Origin: the human T2T-CHM13v2.0 reference genome, Homo sapiens
Length of the DNA stretch: 64,000 nt
Direction: 5' to 3' (one strand)
Assembly: GCF_009914755.1 (NCBI RefSeq)
Contig: NC_060935.1
Shown: one piece after another, positions 14,125-27,297 of the stretch
Layout of the letters: the number at the start of each line of letters is the position of its first letter
Position numbering within the stretch: the stretch's first letter is position 1
Notes under the pieces: model-generated
The model's input: only the letters and a program-made list of their open reading frames with translations
What the model was told of the DNA's origin: nothing
Database searches by the model: none
Program-made: the position numbers and the translations under genes

Positions 14125-14670
14125 CTGCAGGAAGAGAAGTGACCAGGCTCACTGTCTTGGAGGTAGCAATAGCCATAGTTCAGAAGGGCTGGGAAAAAGC
14201 CTCCTCATTTCTAATGCTGTAATGGCATTCACTGGATATTTTGGTTTTGCAGTAGCAATGATAGAATTGGTGTGGAGAGAGTGGCCAAAGTTGACCCAAA
14301 TTTTCTGTTGTTGGTGAGTGAACGCTCAATCTGTTCTATTTTAGCTTATGAGATCTTGGAGATACAGAATGGAAATGACCCCACAGTCTCTGGGTAACAC
14401 CCTGGAGACTGTATTCAAGCTGCCTGTAGCAATATGAAGGCTTATGATCATTTCATGTTCATTTAAGGGATGTATACATAGTTAAGGAAACCATGAGCAA
14501 GAAAGGTAAGATGTCAGAGGCTAAACTTGAGAGTGTGGAAAGCCGAATAGAAACTCTGTTCAGAGATTCTCTGGCATCCATGGATCCCAGAATGAATGAT
14601 TGTTTGGGTGACCATGGAAACTTCTGTCATACTCCTTCCAGGAGCCCTGGTATTCCTTGAACATGCATAC

Positions 14671-14720
14671 CTTTCCCAGCGTGAGGGACATGGACCGTGC
14701 CGTGCGAGGGACCCCATCTT
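14671..14720 (-). CDS. IRAG1: IRAG1 exon ~16 (EDGVPRTARSMSLTLGK), cGMP-kinase phosphosite motif
   Basis: ctgcag|AA...AAG|gtatgc; 50 bp, phase 1-0. Confidence 0.94.
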
Positions 14721-15455
14721 CTGCAGCAGGAGGGAGCAGAGAAGAGAACACAGGTAAGTTTCAGGCTAGGCACCAGCAGGAAACAGAAACTAGGCTATCG
14801 TATCCATGGGCCAGAACTGGCCCTCAAGGGATAGCCCAAGGGTCTGGGTGTTGGGGACACTGAGTTTGGCACTTCATCCTTTGAGATGGGGCTGCAGAGT
14901 GGGGGCTTTTTTTGGACAAAACCTTTATCCTAACTCCCCTTCTCACTATAGGAAGCCCCAGTCTTGGACCTCTGATCTTTATCTGACCCCACTAAACACG
15001 CTCTGCATAACACCCTAGATAGTGTATGAAAACTACTCAGCAACACGAAGACTTATTGGGTTATTTCATGCTCGTTCAAGGATGTACAGTCAGAGAAACT
15101 ATGAGCAAGGAAGGTGTGGTGCCAGTAAATAATGAAAACTTGCTAACAGAAGTAGTTTCAATATGTTACCTACCAAATGACTCAGAACAAAGGAAGCTAC
15201 CACCCCAGGATTTTCTTCTCCTTACTACATACATTAAGTGATATAACTCACGTAATATGTTTAGCTTCATACCTGGATAATCCTACCACCAGGAAACACC
15301 TGAGTATGTGCAGAGAAAGGTATTTGCTAGTTCAATTCAATTTGATTCAGTTTAACCAATATCATTTAGCCTGCATATCTCTCTCTTTCATATCCATATA
15401 TTTTTGGTGAGTCTCTTGAAAAGCACATAGCCGTATGTGTTTTTTCAAAAAAAAA

Positions 15456-15765
<310 letters not shown>

Positions 15766-16226
15766 TAATCTGAGATTCTCTATTAACCAATAGATTTATA
15801 CTAGTTATAGTTCTTGTGATTAATATATTTGTATTTATTTCTACCATGTAATTTTATATTTTCTATTTATTTTGTTTTATTCATTGACTTTTTCTACCCC
15901 TCCTCCCACCTGACACTTTTGTTTGGAAATTATACATTCTATTTTTAACCTTTAGCATGTCCTCTTAACTTTTGAACATACTGACTTTAAATTTAAAATT
16001 AAACAAGCTCTCTATTCTTTTCTTGAATAAATCTTAAAATAATAACCCTCCCTCTTAATTATATTGCTTTCCAGGATTTTTATTTCACCTTGTGTTTGTA
16101 TTCTTAAATTATTCATTATGTTTGTTGATTTCTACAGAGAGTGCTTATTTAGATTTACCCACGTTTACAAATGTCTTTGTTGACTATTCTTTCTTGTATC
16201 CTACTTGTTTCTTTTGAGCTCAATTT

Positions 16227-16696
16227 TTTTTAACTTTTATTTTAGGTTCAGGGTACATGTGCAGGTGCATTACATAAACTTGTCATGAAGATTTGTTGTA
16301 CAGATTATTTCGTCACCCAGGTATTAAGCCTAGTAGACAGCATTGATTTTTTCTGCTCCTCTCCCTCCTCCTACTTTCCACCCTCAAGTAGGCCTTGGTA
16401 CCTGTTGTTCCCTTGTTTATGGCCATATGTACTCAATGTCTAGCTCCCACTTCTTAGTGAGAACATGCAGTATTTGGTTTTCTCTTCCTGTGTTAGTTTG
16501 CTAAGGATAAGGACCTCCAGCCCCACGCATGTTCCTGCAAAAGAGGTGATCTCATTCTTTTTTATGGCTGCATAGTATTCCATGGTGTATATGTACCACA
16601 TTTTTCTTTATCCAATATGTCATTGATGAGCATTTAGGTTGATTCCATGTCTTTGCTATTGTGAAAAGTGCTGCAATGAACATTTGTGAGCATGTG
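16227..16696 (-). mobile_element. 5'-truncated L1P 3' end inserted in an older L1M region (~15770-18940)
   Basis: L1 3'UTR motifs; TSD tttgagctcaattt / tttgagttcaattt. Confidence 0.8.
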
Positions 16697-17859
16697 TTTG
16701 AGTTCAATTTCAATCTTCCTTAGGTACATCCTCTAGTTGTTCTTTCAGCGAGGGTCTATGAGAGGTAAACTTTCTCAATTGTCTCCAAATAGTCTTTACC
16801 AAGCCCTCAATCTTGCATGGTATCTTAGCCATCTGTGTTATCTCTAGATTGACAGTTATTTTCTCTTAGTTCTTTTAAGAAATTATTCCATTGGCTTCTT
16901 CTATTATTGCCATTGAGAATTGTCATTCCTTTGTAAGTAATCTTCTCTTTGATGACTTTTAAGATCTTCCCTTTGTCTTTACTGTTCTGCAGTTTCTCTT
17001 TGGTGTGTTTTTATTTTTCCTGCTTGGAATTCACGTATTTTCTGAATCCAATGATTGATGACTTTCCTTAGTTCTAGAAAATCCTTAGCCATTCTTTCTT
17101 GGCATATTTTCTCTCCTTGGTTTTCCCCTTAAGGATGGCCTAATAAATGTATTTGGGACTTTCTCATTCTGCATTCTATATCCCATATCTCAATGCTTCT
17201 TTCATAATTTTAATCAATTTATTTCTCTGAACTATACATTGGGTAACTTCCTCAAACCTATCTTCAAGTTAACTAATTTTTCTTCAACTGTGCCCAATTT
17301 GATTTAAATGTTATAATCAATCAGGATAAGCTAGGTTATACTAGTTTAATAGCATAGTAATAATAAGCAACTCCAAAGTATTAGTGGCTGATAACAAGGA
17401 AGATGTGATTTGCTTATGCTACATGCTCATTTACTTCCAAGTCTGCAGCAAGCTTGGTTCTCTGTTTCCTCACTCTGGACTCAGCCTAATACTGGCCTTC
17501 TACTATTCTGGAGCAATGATGGTTATCATGTTAGGAGGAAGAAACAGGGCAAACTGCATTCTAGTTCTTAGAGGCCTAGGTTCAGATGTGACATGTCCTT
17601 CTACTCATATTTCATTCACCAAAGCAAATCCCATGGCCTTGCCTTGTGACTTCAAGGGGATGGGTAAATGTGCCCAGAAGAAGGAGATCTGGAATAATGA
17701 AGAATAGCCTCAAATATAGTAACTACCACATCTAAACTCTTGAGTTTTTGATTTCTGTGACTTTATTCCTCATTTTGAGGAGTTCTATTTTATTCTTCTT
17801 TGATAACTGTATTCTTTTACTCTGTTTTTGATCCATTATTTTATGTCTCCAATAATTTT

Positions 17860-18180
17860 TGTTTAAGTTAGAGACGGTCTCACTCTGTCATCCAGAATGA
17901 AGTGCAGTGGCATGATCACAGCTCACTGAAGCCTTGACTTCCTGGGCTCAAGCGATCCTCCCACCTTAGCCTCCTGATAAGCTAGAACTACAGGTGCCCA
18001 CCACCACATCTGACTAATTGCTTTTTATTTTTATTTTTTGTGGAGATAGGGTCTCACTTTGTTGCCCAGGCTGGTCTCACTTTGTTGCCCAGGCTGGTCT
18101 CAACCTCCTGGCCTCAAGCGATCCTTTCACCTTGGCCTCCCAAAGTGTTAGGATTACAGACGTGAGCCACTGTACCCAGC
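17860..18180 (-). mobile_element. AluJ with internal 23-bp tandem duplication
   Basis: ggtctcactttgttgcccaggct x2 at 18050-18095. Confidence 0.85.
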
Positions 18181-21100
18181 TACCTGTAACAATTTTAAGC
18201 TTATCTTAAAAAAATTGTCAGATCATTTTATTTTCCGAGGTTCTTAGGATATAATCCTATTGTTTTGTGTAACTGATGACTTTTGTTCATGATGAATTGT
18301 TTTCTTGTGTATTTTATAATTTTAAGTTGTGAAGTCATCTTCAGTGAGGCTTTATTAGAGGAATCCTGTGTGTCCAGATGCAGGGTCTGTCTCTCCAGAG
18401 TACTTTTCTGCTTATTTCTAACATATCTTAGAAGCACCATCTTGCTGTTCTTTTCAAATCCTCTGCATATTGCATCATCACTGCTGTCACTTTGTGAGCA
18501 CGTACTTTCCCTATGAGGAAGGAGAAAGTGTTTTTTCCTACTACAGTCCAGGGTGAAACAAATTTCCTTGTTTCTCTGCTGGTTGGTGATTATTATTTTT
18601 CCTTATCCAAATTCCATCTGAGGATATAGTCCTTGGACGCCCTTAACTTTCTGTGGGAATCTGTGTCAACTCTCTACCATAGGTGTTCCAGGCCTTGTCT
18701 CAGACCACAGGCAAGTGCAAAAGCTCAGCTCCCAGATAACCAAGGCTGACACTTGTCCCTAAGGAAGCTGCAGGGTCAGCTTGGTTTCAGTTCTCTTTTC
18801 TTTTCTTGTATCTGGGTATTTCAATTTATTTTCTTGTGGATTCAGCTATTTAGACAAAGGTTTGCTTTATTTTGTCCAGCAGCAATTTCTAAGTGCTTGT
18901 GGTCAAAAGATTTTCAAGTTTTCCAGTCAGCCAAAATAGCAGAACCAGAAAATATTCTTTACATGTGAAGAGTTCATATAAATTAGTAAACTACCAAGCT
19001 TACAAGTGGCAAAGGTCATAAATACAGAATTTTTAAAAGCAGAAATACAAATGTTCCATAAACATTTGGAAAGGCCAAGAAATACAATTAAAACAATAAG
19101 ACAAGACACAATTGTGGCCTATCAAAGTCATGGATATTTACAAAAAGAAAGAACAAGAATTGTGTCAATGGCACGGTGAATTGAGTATTGTAACCCATTC
19201 AGTGAAAACATAAATGGGTTATTTGAAAATAATTTGCTTTAAGAGCCTTAAAAAATTTATTTCCCCTGAGCTAGTATTCATACTTCTAGAAATCTACACT
19301 AAGGAAATAATCTAAAATGCAGATAATTGGTAAATTTCATATTCAGAAAGAAACATGTTATTTTTAAAAAATGTATATCACCTTCCTTGAAATCAGGGAT
19401 ATTTTATTTACTGCAGTCTTCAAAACCCCAGGCATAGACAAAGATTGCAGAGGTTGTATAAAGGCTTAAGACACAAACACTATTAGGGAACAGTCATAGA
19501 GTATCTTATGGAAACACCTGCTGAGTGGTTACGGCCACTCTGCCTAGCCCAAGCTGAGGTATAGCTTGGAAGAACAACTGGAGTGGAAACAAATATCAGA
19601 AAAACACGTACAGCTATCGTTGACCTTTCCTACGGTAAGCGTTTTCTCATCCTCCTAGAGTGAATGTGGGACTCTGTGGTGTATTCTCCTCGGAAGTCTG
19701 CTTTCTTCTGTCATAGCACTGGCTACACTGCCTTGACTTCCCAAAGGTTGGGAGCTCCTTTGGGTCTGTGACTGTGTGCCCTTTACCTCTATATTCCAGT
19801 ATTATATAGGGCAAACCAAAGGTACTCAATAAATGTCTGTAGAATGAACGAATGAGACTCATGGGTAACTGCTCATCCTATAAATCTTAGGTAAGGTGGT
19901 TTGCAGGAGGCCTTGTGCAGCAATAAATGCAGGAGTCCACGCATTAGGATTCCTTTGGCGGCAACTTCCTCAGCTTCCAACACTGACGGAAAATGGTTAG
20001 AGGCCTAGGTGCATGTGGGTCAGGAGCCTTGCTGACAGATCCAAAGCTGACAGTCTGGAGCATGTGTGCATGCTGCCTTTGGACTCTGGGACATGTCACT
20101 GATATTCTCCAGGAAACTTGTGAAACCTCCTGTTTATAAAGGTTTCTCCATCTGTTATACTTTCTGTACTTTCCCTTCTGCAGCTCTTGGTAACACGGAT
20201 GTTTGCATTCCACAGGGATTCCTGTTGCTAAAAGGTCTGTTTTCTCCTGCTAGCCACCCTCATCAGCCAGAGTTCAAACCCTGACAGTGCCCATGGAGAG
20301 ATCTGGTCCAAGGCACCAACCTCTTCCTGCTGGACTGAGAAAGAGCCTCCTACTGTGTCTCTCTTTACCTCAGCTTTTGCACACCTCCAATATATTGTCC
20401 ACTGAAGTCAGAATAATCTAAAAATAAAGGCTGATTACCTCATGTGGTATAAACTTACCAATGACTCCCCGTTGCCTAGAGGCTCAAATTGCTAGCATGG
20501 CCTGGCGTGTGGCCCTGGTCAACCAAGTCTCACTTCCACACCCTGACACTGCCACTATGACAAACTGTTTGTTTCATCTTGTTTTCACCCCCAACCTCCA
20601 CACCTTTGTCCATGCTGGTTTCTCCACTTGGGATGTGTCTTCCTCTATTGACTGGAGAACTCCTATTTTTACTTTAAAACACCAACAAGATACCATCCCT
20701 CTTTGAAGGCTTCTTTGTCTCCCTTCAAGCAGAATCAGGTGGGCCCTCCCCCGTGCTCCTATAGCAATTCGTATAGAACTTCTAAACAAGAGTATTTCTT
20801 TGAAACTTCTGTCTTACCCATGAGTCTGCTGTTTTTCTCCGTAACATCTCCTTCAGCCAGACTCTCACTCCACCCTAACTGCCCAGGTTTCACCCCTCAC
20901 CTGGACTGTTGCAAGAACATCTTCATGGGGTTTTCTATCCCTGCTTTGTCCCAGTAATGTAACTGCCACACCACAGTTAAAGGGAATCTTCTTAAACTAC
21001 ATATATGATCAAGTCATTTTCTTGATTAAAATCATTGGCTGGATCCCTAATGCTTTCCAGAATAAAGCCCAAATTCCTTAGCATGTGCTGCCTAAAAGGG

Positions 21101-21442
21101 GATCCCAAAGCACACGGACTGACAGGGTCTAGGGTCACTCTCAGACCCTGTAAGTCCAAGAGCTCTTGTAGCCCATGGGCTTTGTATCCATGGTCAGCCA
21201 CTGTGATTTATTGCTTTGGGAGTTAGGAAGTCACTTTGGAAAGGCTCATGTTTCCTGGTTCCAGACTGCCCTGCCAGGCCCACTGAAGCAGCTGCTGGGA
21301 GGCCCCTGTGGGCAGCACTAGACAGGAGTGCTGCTCAACTGGAAATAAGTCCTGGGGCTGTTCTGACAGCTCTAATCCTAGCCAAGAGCTCTTGGAAGTC
21401 CACCTTGTAGGGCCAAGATGGGGCAGGAGCCTAGGTCCTTAC

Positions 21443-21584
21443 CAGAGGGGCCACAGCTGCGGCTTGAATTCTGATTTGCAAGCTTTTTAAACTCCATGAG
21501 CTCCGCATGGTCCTTCTCATACGTCCTCTTTAGATTCTCCACATACTGCATCATCACTTCCGTTGCTTTCGACATGCGCTTTTC
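21443..21584 (-). CDS. IRAG1: IRAG1 exon ~15, coiled coil ([16 protein letters not shown]...SRSCGPS)
   Basis: ccgcag|GAA...G|gtaagg; 142 bp, phase 0-1. Confidence 0.96.
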
Positions 21585-21989
21585 CTGCGGGGAAGGAGCG
21601 CATGAGTGCATGAGGCCATTGGAGGAAAGGCTCCGTTGGCACTTATTTGCTCTGACCTAGGGTCTGGGCTAGGAGAATCAAAAGGATACAGGGACAAGAC
21701 TCTGCCCTCTGAAGAGTTTGCTGTCTGCCATGTGAGCTGAGAGGTGGACTCAGCACCTGCGCTTAGGGAGAATGAGAAAAGCACAGCCACCACACTGCAG
21801 GAGATGACAGGCAGAGGAGAGTTGTTTCTGCTTGCAGAGAACGGGTCAGGGGAGGCTTCATGGAGAGGGAATGCAGTGGATGTAGGATGTGAGCAGCATC
21901 TGGGCCCATAGACAAGGGCAGGAGGGACACAGCGTTCAGGCCAGGGAACTCCAAGAGGAGTCTAGAGGCAGGGAAGCACAGGGCTTATA

Positions 21990-22122
21990 TGTAGATGAGG
22001 TTTTATCCTCTGAATAAGAGTCCTCTGGAGAGTGAAGAAAGGCACGACGACAAATTATGCTGGGACAATCGACATAATAAACCAGGGCTGTCCAGAAAGC
22101 CCAGACACTGCAGGTCCTCCTA
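21990..22122 (-). mobile_element. MER81-like hAT MITE
   Basis: gagagtgaag...aattatgctgggacaa...aaaccaggg resembles recalled MER81. Confidence 0.55.
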
Positions 22123-23644
22123 CCTATGTAGGGATCAGCAAGCAGTTGGGTCTATTTGTAAGTCTGGGTTGTGAAGGACCTCGAATGCTAGACAAAGGAA
22201 TTTGAACTTATTCTGAAGGAAAAGGGAAGCCATTGAATATCTCCCTTAAAGTAAGAGAGTAATATAATCAGGTCATAGGTAGAGATGGGACTCAAGGGAG
22301 TGAGACTGGTGGCAGTGAGGGCAGCAGGTAAAAACAGGATGAAGCCTGACCTGGCCCAGTGGAGCCAGAGAGGAAGGCAAAGACTGAGACATAGCAGCCA
22401 AGACGAGGGAGCCATTTGGAGAAGGGAGCAGATGGCGTGAGTGACAGGTGGGCTGAGGCACAAGTTTGGGAAGCCTGCACACAATGAGAACAATTTCTCT
22501 CTGCTCATACCCCAGTTAGATCCCTCAGAGGATCTAGCTCAGGCCCTGCCTGGCCACAGAGGGACACACCCAGTGGCTTCGCAGGAACAGGTCCCACAGC
22601 CATGCGTGGCTGAGACCAGCTACTTCCCTAGAGTCCTCCCGTGTTGCTGCTCCCAGCTGGAGTGACTTCCTGGGCACCACTGCTGAGTCAGATGTCCTTG
22701 TCCTGAAGGACACAGGGTGGGATGGCCCAGCGACAGGTCTTTCTTTTATTTAATAGGAACTGCTCAGGGCTGCACCACCCCAGGAACCTCCTCTCATGTA
22801 ACCAGAGCAGCAGGACATAGATTCATGTCATAGCAACATAATAACAACATCCAAATGCTTTACAAGTACGGCAGCAACCCTCTATGGCAGATACTGTGAC
22901 CATCCTCATTTTATACTTGAAAAGACTGAAGCAGAGAAACCTCAGTAAGGGGCCCAAGGTCACACAGCGAATGAAGGTTGGAGCCAGGATTAGAACTCGG
23001 GCAATGTGCTCCTGCTACAACATGGGGGGCCGGGGCGGGGCTCTGTATGCTTCAGGACTTCAAAGTGGCCAAGAGAGAGCCAGACCTGGGCCTGTGCCCC
23101 GCTCCGCCACTAACGCTTTTACTTTCTGAGACTCTGCATCTTCGTCTGGGAGACAGGATATTTATAGGGTTGCTGGGTGGATTTAATGAGACGAAGCAGG
23201 TTTTCCTAAAGTATGTTTTGTCAAATACTAGCTCCATGGGAGTTGAACAGGTATTTTTTGAGAAAAATAAAATGGAGAGCTGTGGGGGGAATTCTTCAGT
23301 TAAATACGTTTGGGAACTATGTAGGTAAAGTGAACCAGCCTTCTCCACCACAGGAGTTACCAAAGCCTTGATTAGGCCAATGTGTTAGAAATTTCCAAGA
23401 AAGAAAGATAGTATGCAGTAGTCCCCAAACTTGTGCGTCCACAGAAACCTTTTTCCACAAAGCACCTTGAGGGTTCAGTGATCTGCCAAAAATACTCTGA
23501 ATAATACTGCAATGATGTGCATAGGATGCCTGGCCCAGAGGAAGCCACCTCTAAGTGGTATCTGTAGTTGCCGCTGCTTGGGTGATTGCTCTACTTTACG
23601 TAGGTGGAACAGAGTTGGCAAGACCGGGGGCTGGAGAGACTCAC

Positions 23645-23776
23645 CTGGCGGACGGCGCCTACCACCTCAGCTCGGCTGGAGAGGCGGGCAGCCAGGCGGT
23701 GCAGGACAGCGATGTCCTCCAGCAACTTCTGGTAGGTTTCCCGGTGCTCACAGTGGTGCCAGAGTGAAGCTGAGGA
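23645..23776 (-). CDS. IRAG1: IRAG1 exon ~14, coiled coil ([11 protein letters not shown]...VVGAVRQ)
   Basis: tgttcag|TCC...CAG|gtgagt; 132 bp, phase 0-0. Confidence 0.96.
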
Positions 23777-23816
23777 CTGAACAGGAGTAGGAGCATCACC
23801 TGGGGTCCTCAAATAA

Positions 23817-24521
23817 TGTTATGGACTAAATCAGCAGTCCCCAACCTTTTCGGCCTCAGGGACTGGTTTGGAAGACAATTTTTCCACAAACCTGGTGGGG
23901 GCGATGGTTTGGGGATGAAACTCTTCCACCTCTGATCATTAGATTCTTATAAGGAGGGTATAACCTAGATCCTTCGCATGCACAGTTTACAATAGGGTTC
24001 GTGACCCTATGGGAATCGAATGCTGCTGCTGATCTGACAGGCGGCGGAGCTCAGGAGGTCATGCTCTCAGGCAGCTCACCTCCTACTGTGCAGCCTGGTT
24101 CCTAACAGGCCATGGTTTGGTACTGGTTTGCGGCCTGGCCCAGGGGATGCGGACCACTGGGCTAAATGTCTGTGCCCCCCACAAAGTCATCTGCTGACTT
24201 TTGGGGGGACATATCCTAACTCCTCAATGTGATAGTGAAGTGGGGCCTGGGCGAGGTGATTAGGTGAGGAGAGTGGAGCCCCACGAATGGAATTAGTGCT
24301 CTTATAAAAGGGACCCCAGAGAGTTCTGTTCTCTTTCCACCATGTAAGATATAATGGAAAGGTGGTAGTCTGCAAGCCAGAGATGGCCCTCACCAGAACC
24401 CGACCATGCTGGTGCCCTGATCTTGGCCTTCCAGCCTCCAGAACTATGAGAAATAAATGTTTGCCATTTAAGCCACCCAGTCTAAGGCCCTTTGTTACAG
24501 CAATTCAAACTGACTAAGACA
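23817..24521 (+). mobile_element. MaLR solo LTR (MST/MLT1A-like) interrupted by MER1
   Basis: TGTTATGG start, tgactaagaCA end, aataaa; characteristic cagcctccagaactatgagaaataaatg. Confidence 0.8.
23832..24159. mobile_element. MER1B-like hAT DNA transposon
   Basis: CAG...CTG terminal inverted repeats; 8-bp TSD gactaaat/ggctaaat. Confidence 0.85.
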
Positions 24522-24929
24522 CACACCAAGCCTAGACTCAGCTCTCATGAAAGCAGCTCTGGGCCCCATCCAGGCTGAGAGAAGTGGCCTCTGCGGGGCC
24601 TGGGCCACAGTTTCTTCTGGTGCTTGGAGAAGCCCAATGTGAACACGCTATCCCTGGCGCCTGAAAGTAGGAGTCACACCCAGGCCACCCTGCCCCCTTC
24701 TGAGAAGCTCCCAAGGCTTTGGAGGACCTGTCCACAGCCCTGAGGGAACCAGGCCTTTGGGATCTCTGCCTCAGTTCCCCCCAACTCTCTGAGGAACACT
24801 GTCAGAGTCTTGGCTCAATTTTTCACTTCAGGAGACTATACTTGGTACCTGAGAGAAGCATGACACCCTGTATGGCCCTTGGGGACAGTCTCTGCTCCAG
24901 GGATTCCTCACATCAGGCTCCACAATTAC

Positions 24930-25070
24930 CGTAATGGAAGCTTTGAAGTTTTCCAGTTCTTTCTCAGTGTTCTCCTCTGTCAGGTTGCGTTCCCTTTCAG
25001 CCTGGTTAATTCTAGATTCCAGAGTGTAGCTGTCATTTCTAAAGGCCAAGGACAGTTGCACAAACACGTT
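24930..25070 (-). CDS. IRAG1: IRAG1 exon ~13, start of the coiled coil ([13 protein letters not shown]...FKASIT)
   Basis: cccaacag|AAC...ACG|gtaatt; 141 bp, phase 0-0. Confidence 0.96.
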
Positions 25071-27266
25071 CTGTTGGGAACAAGGGTGTGAGAGAGGTGC
25101 TGGGAGGAGTTACTGCAGAGGACAAGGCTGCAGCTGTGCTCCTTGCACGAGCGTTTTGCAACGGCCCCTGGAACAGCCGCCAAAGCACCAAAGCAGCCAT
25201 GTGCAAGGGAAACGCTCACTTCACAGGAAACCACAAAAAAGATGGTAAAGCAGGGACCAAGGTCCACGCTAGGCCCTTCCCAGAACCGGAGGTCCAAATG
25301 TATTCTACCAAAAAATAAGAAGAGAATAACACTTTGCTTTTTCCTGAATTTTAAGAAAATAACATCCTGTATCTGGGTTTAGATAAACTCAGGCCAGTAC
25401 AGCTAATTGTGTAAGCATCTGGATTTATGCTGGGATTTATTGCATGAGGGGTTTTGGAGATTTTGCAGGAAAATACTGTATTGAAAGAAACTCCATGTGA
25501 GATTTAAGCATTGTTGACGTAAAGCAAACTTCAATCAGCATCTAGCCCGAGTATTCCAAATCCTGTATTGATAGAAGCTTTAAGTAGCTGCCAGGAGATT
25601 AAATAAGGCCAGGTATGATTCTGTTCGGTTAAGCTTTCTGGAATAAATAAATGTTTCATGCCAAAATTGCAGCCTGCATGAACAGACTTTGAAAAGATAA
25701 TATTGGTCATACATGGAATTCCCAGAACAGTAGGAAACTACTAGGGAGAAGAAATAGACAGATGGACCTCACTCAGGAAGGAAGCAATGGTCTTCAATTT
25801 TACAGCCATCATCTGCCCTGAGTGGTAGCAGATTTATACCCTGCAGGGTTAGTAACCACAGGGGCTTCTGAAGTTCATGTAACATGGCCCATGGAAGGCA
25901 GTCATCTCCAGAAGAATTGAAGGTACAGAATTGACCCAATGATGATGATGAAGGCAATATTGAAAACTACTCCTTATTGAGCATCTACTATATGCCAGCA
26001 CTGCTTTTCATTCTACAAATTCATGTAATCTCACAATAACCCTCTGGGGTGGGAACTGTTATACCTGTTTATGGGTAAAGAGGCCAAGACCAGAACGGTC
26101 ATTAACTTGTTCAAGGTGACACGGAGTAACGGAGCCAGGATTTAACCTCAGACTGTCTGATTTGAAAGCCTGTTTTATTTCCACCATGCCGAGAGCTGTG
26201 TCCATATACATCTGCGGTCAGCATTTGGACATTAAACAAACCGCCCATGGCCCATCTTCACAAATGTCAGTGGGTAGGCTTAGAGCTCATAGCCCAGTGA
26301 TAGAAATTTTCTGCCTTACCCGGCCTTGGTCAAGTCTATGAATAATGCTCAATGCTTAATTTTCTATACCTTGATTATCCCCTTAACAGCAGTGTGACAC
26401 AATGAGTTCTGAATTCAGTGAGAACACTTGGATCTAGGTCTTGGTTTTGCCAACTACAGTATCTAGAAACTTGGTGTGGTTATTTACTCACTCAGTTTTC
26501 TCCTTTGTGCTGATTCCTGCTCCACCTGCTTTTCAGAGCTGCTGGTTAGGATCAGCTGAAAGGATGGCTATGCGTGTGTTATAGACTGCAAGTGCAATGC
26601 CTGTGTGCAAGTTATAGATACTACCTGTGGTAGATACTTCATACTGTCTGTCTTCCTCTGCTTATCTGGTCCACATCAGCAGTTCTCACTGTCTCACCTC
26701 TGATAAGTTCTCTTTGTCCGCTACAGAATGAAATGCAGATTCCCCTCAGCTCACTCACAACCCCGCTGGGACAAGGAGGCCCCAGTGAGGAAACCGGAAG
26801 GCTGGATTGCTGACAGCACAGCTTCCCGGCTCCGCTGAGCTGGCATTCTTGTAGCTGAAACCCTGAGGAGGCCAGCCCCCTTTCCCACTAAACTAAAGCT
26901 TAGAACTTGAAATCTGACCATTTTTCAGTAATTTTGAAATAAATTTGATTCAATTCTGCAGCCTCCCAGCTGGTTTTGTGTATCTAAGTCGTACATTTAA
27001 AGAATATAAACAATCCTTACAGGAATGTAAAATTTCCAACTACCTTCTCCCTTTTGCCCAAATTTGTCAAAATCTTCCATGAACGGACGTGGGAATGGGG
27101 ATCTCATGGTTCAAGAGGGCTGGTCATGAATGTTCACATTACCCCACAGTCACTCTTTCTCATTTTTGTCTAAAAATGTCAGAGCTAGAGTCTGGAGGAA
27201 GAAATGTTTTGAATAAGCCCAGTCAAGCACGGGCACTAAATTTCATAACACACTTGAGTCACTTAC

Positions 27267-27297
27267 CTCAACTTCCTTTTCAGTGAGTGGAGGGGCA
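27267..27297 (-). CDS. IRAG1: IRAG1 exon ~12, 31-bp mini-exon (S-APPLTEKEVE)
   Basis: tttcacag|T...GAG|gtaagt; phase 2-0. Confidence 0.93.

Noticed and set aside
26753-26870. Possible internal first exon (ATG...|gtgagt) upstream of the coiled-coil exons
   Set aside because: The ATG frame ends in phase 1 and does not fit the phase-0 acceptor of exon ~13; no promoter evidence
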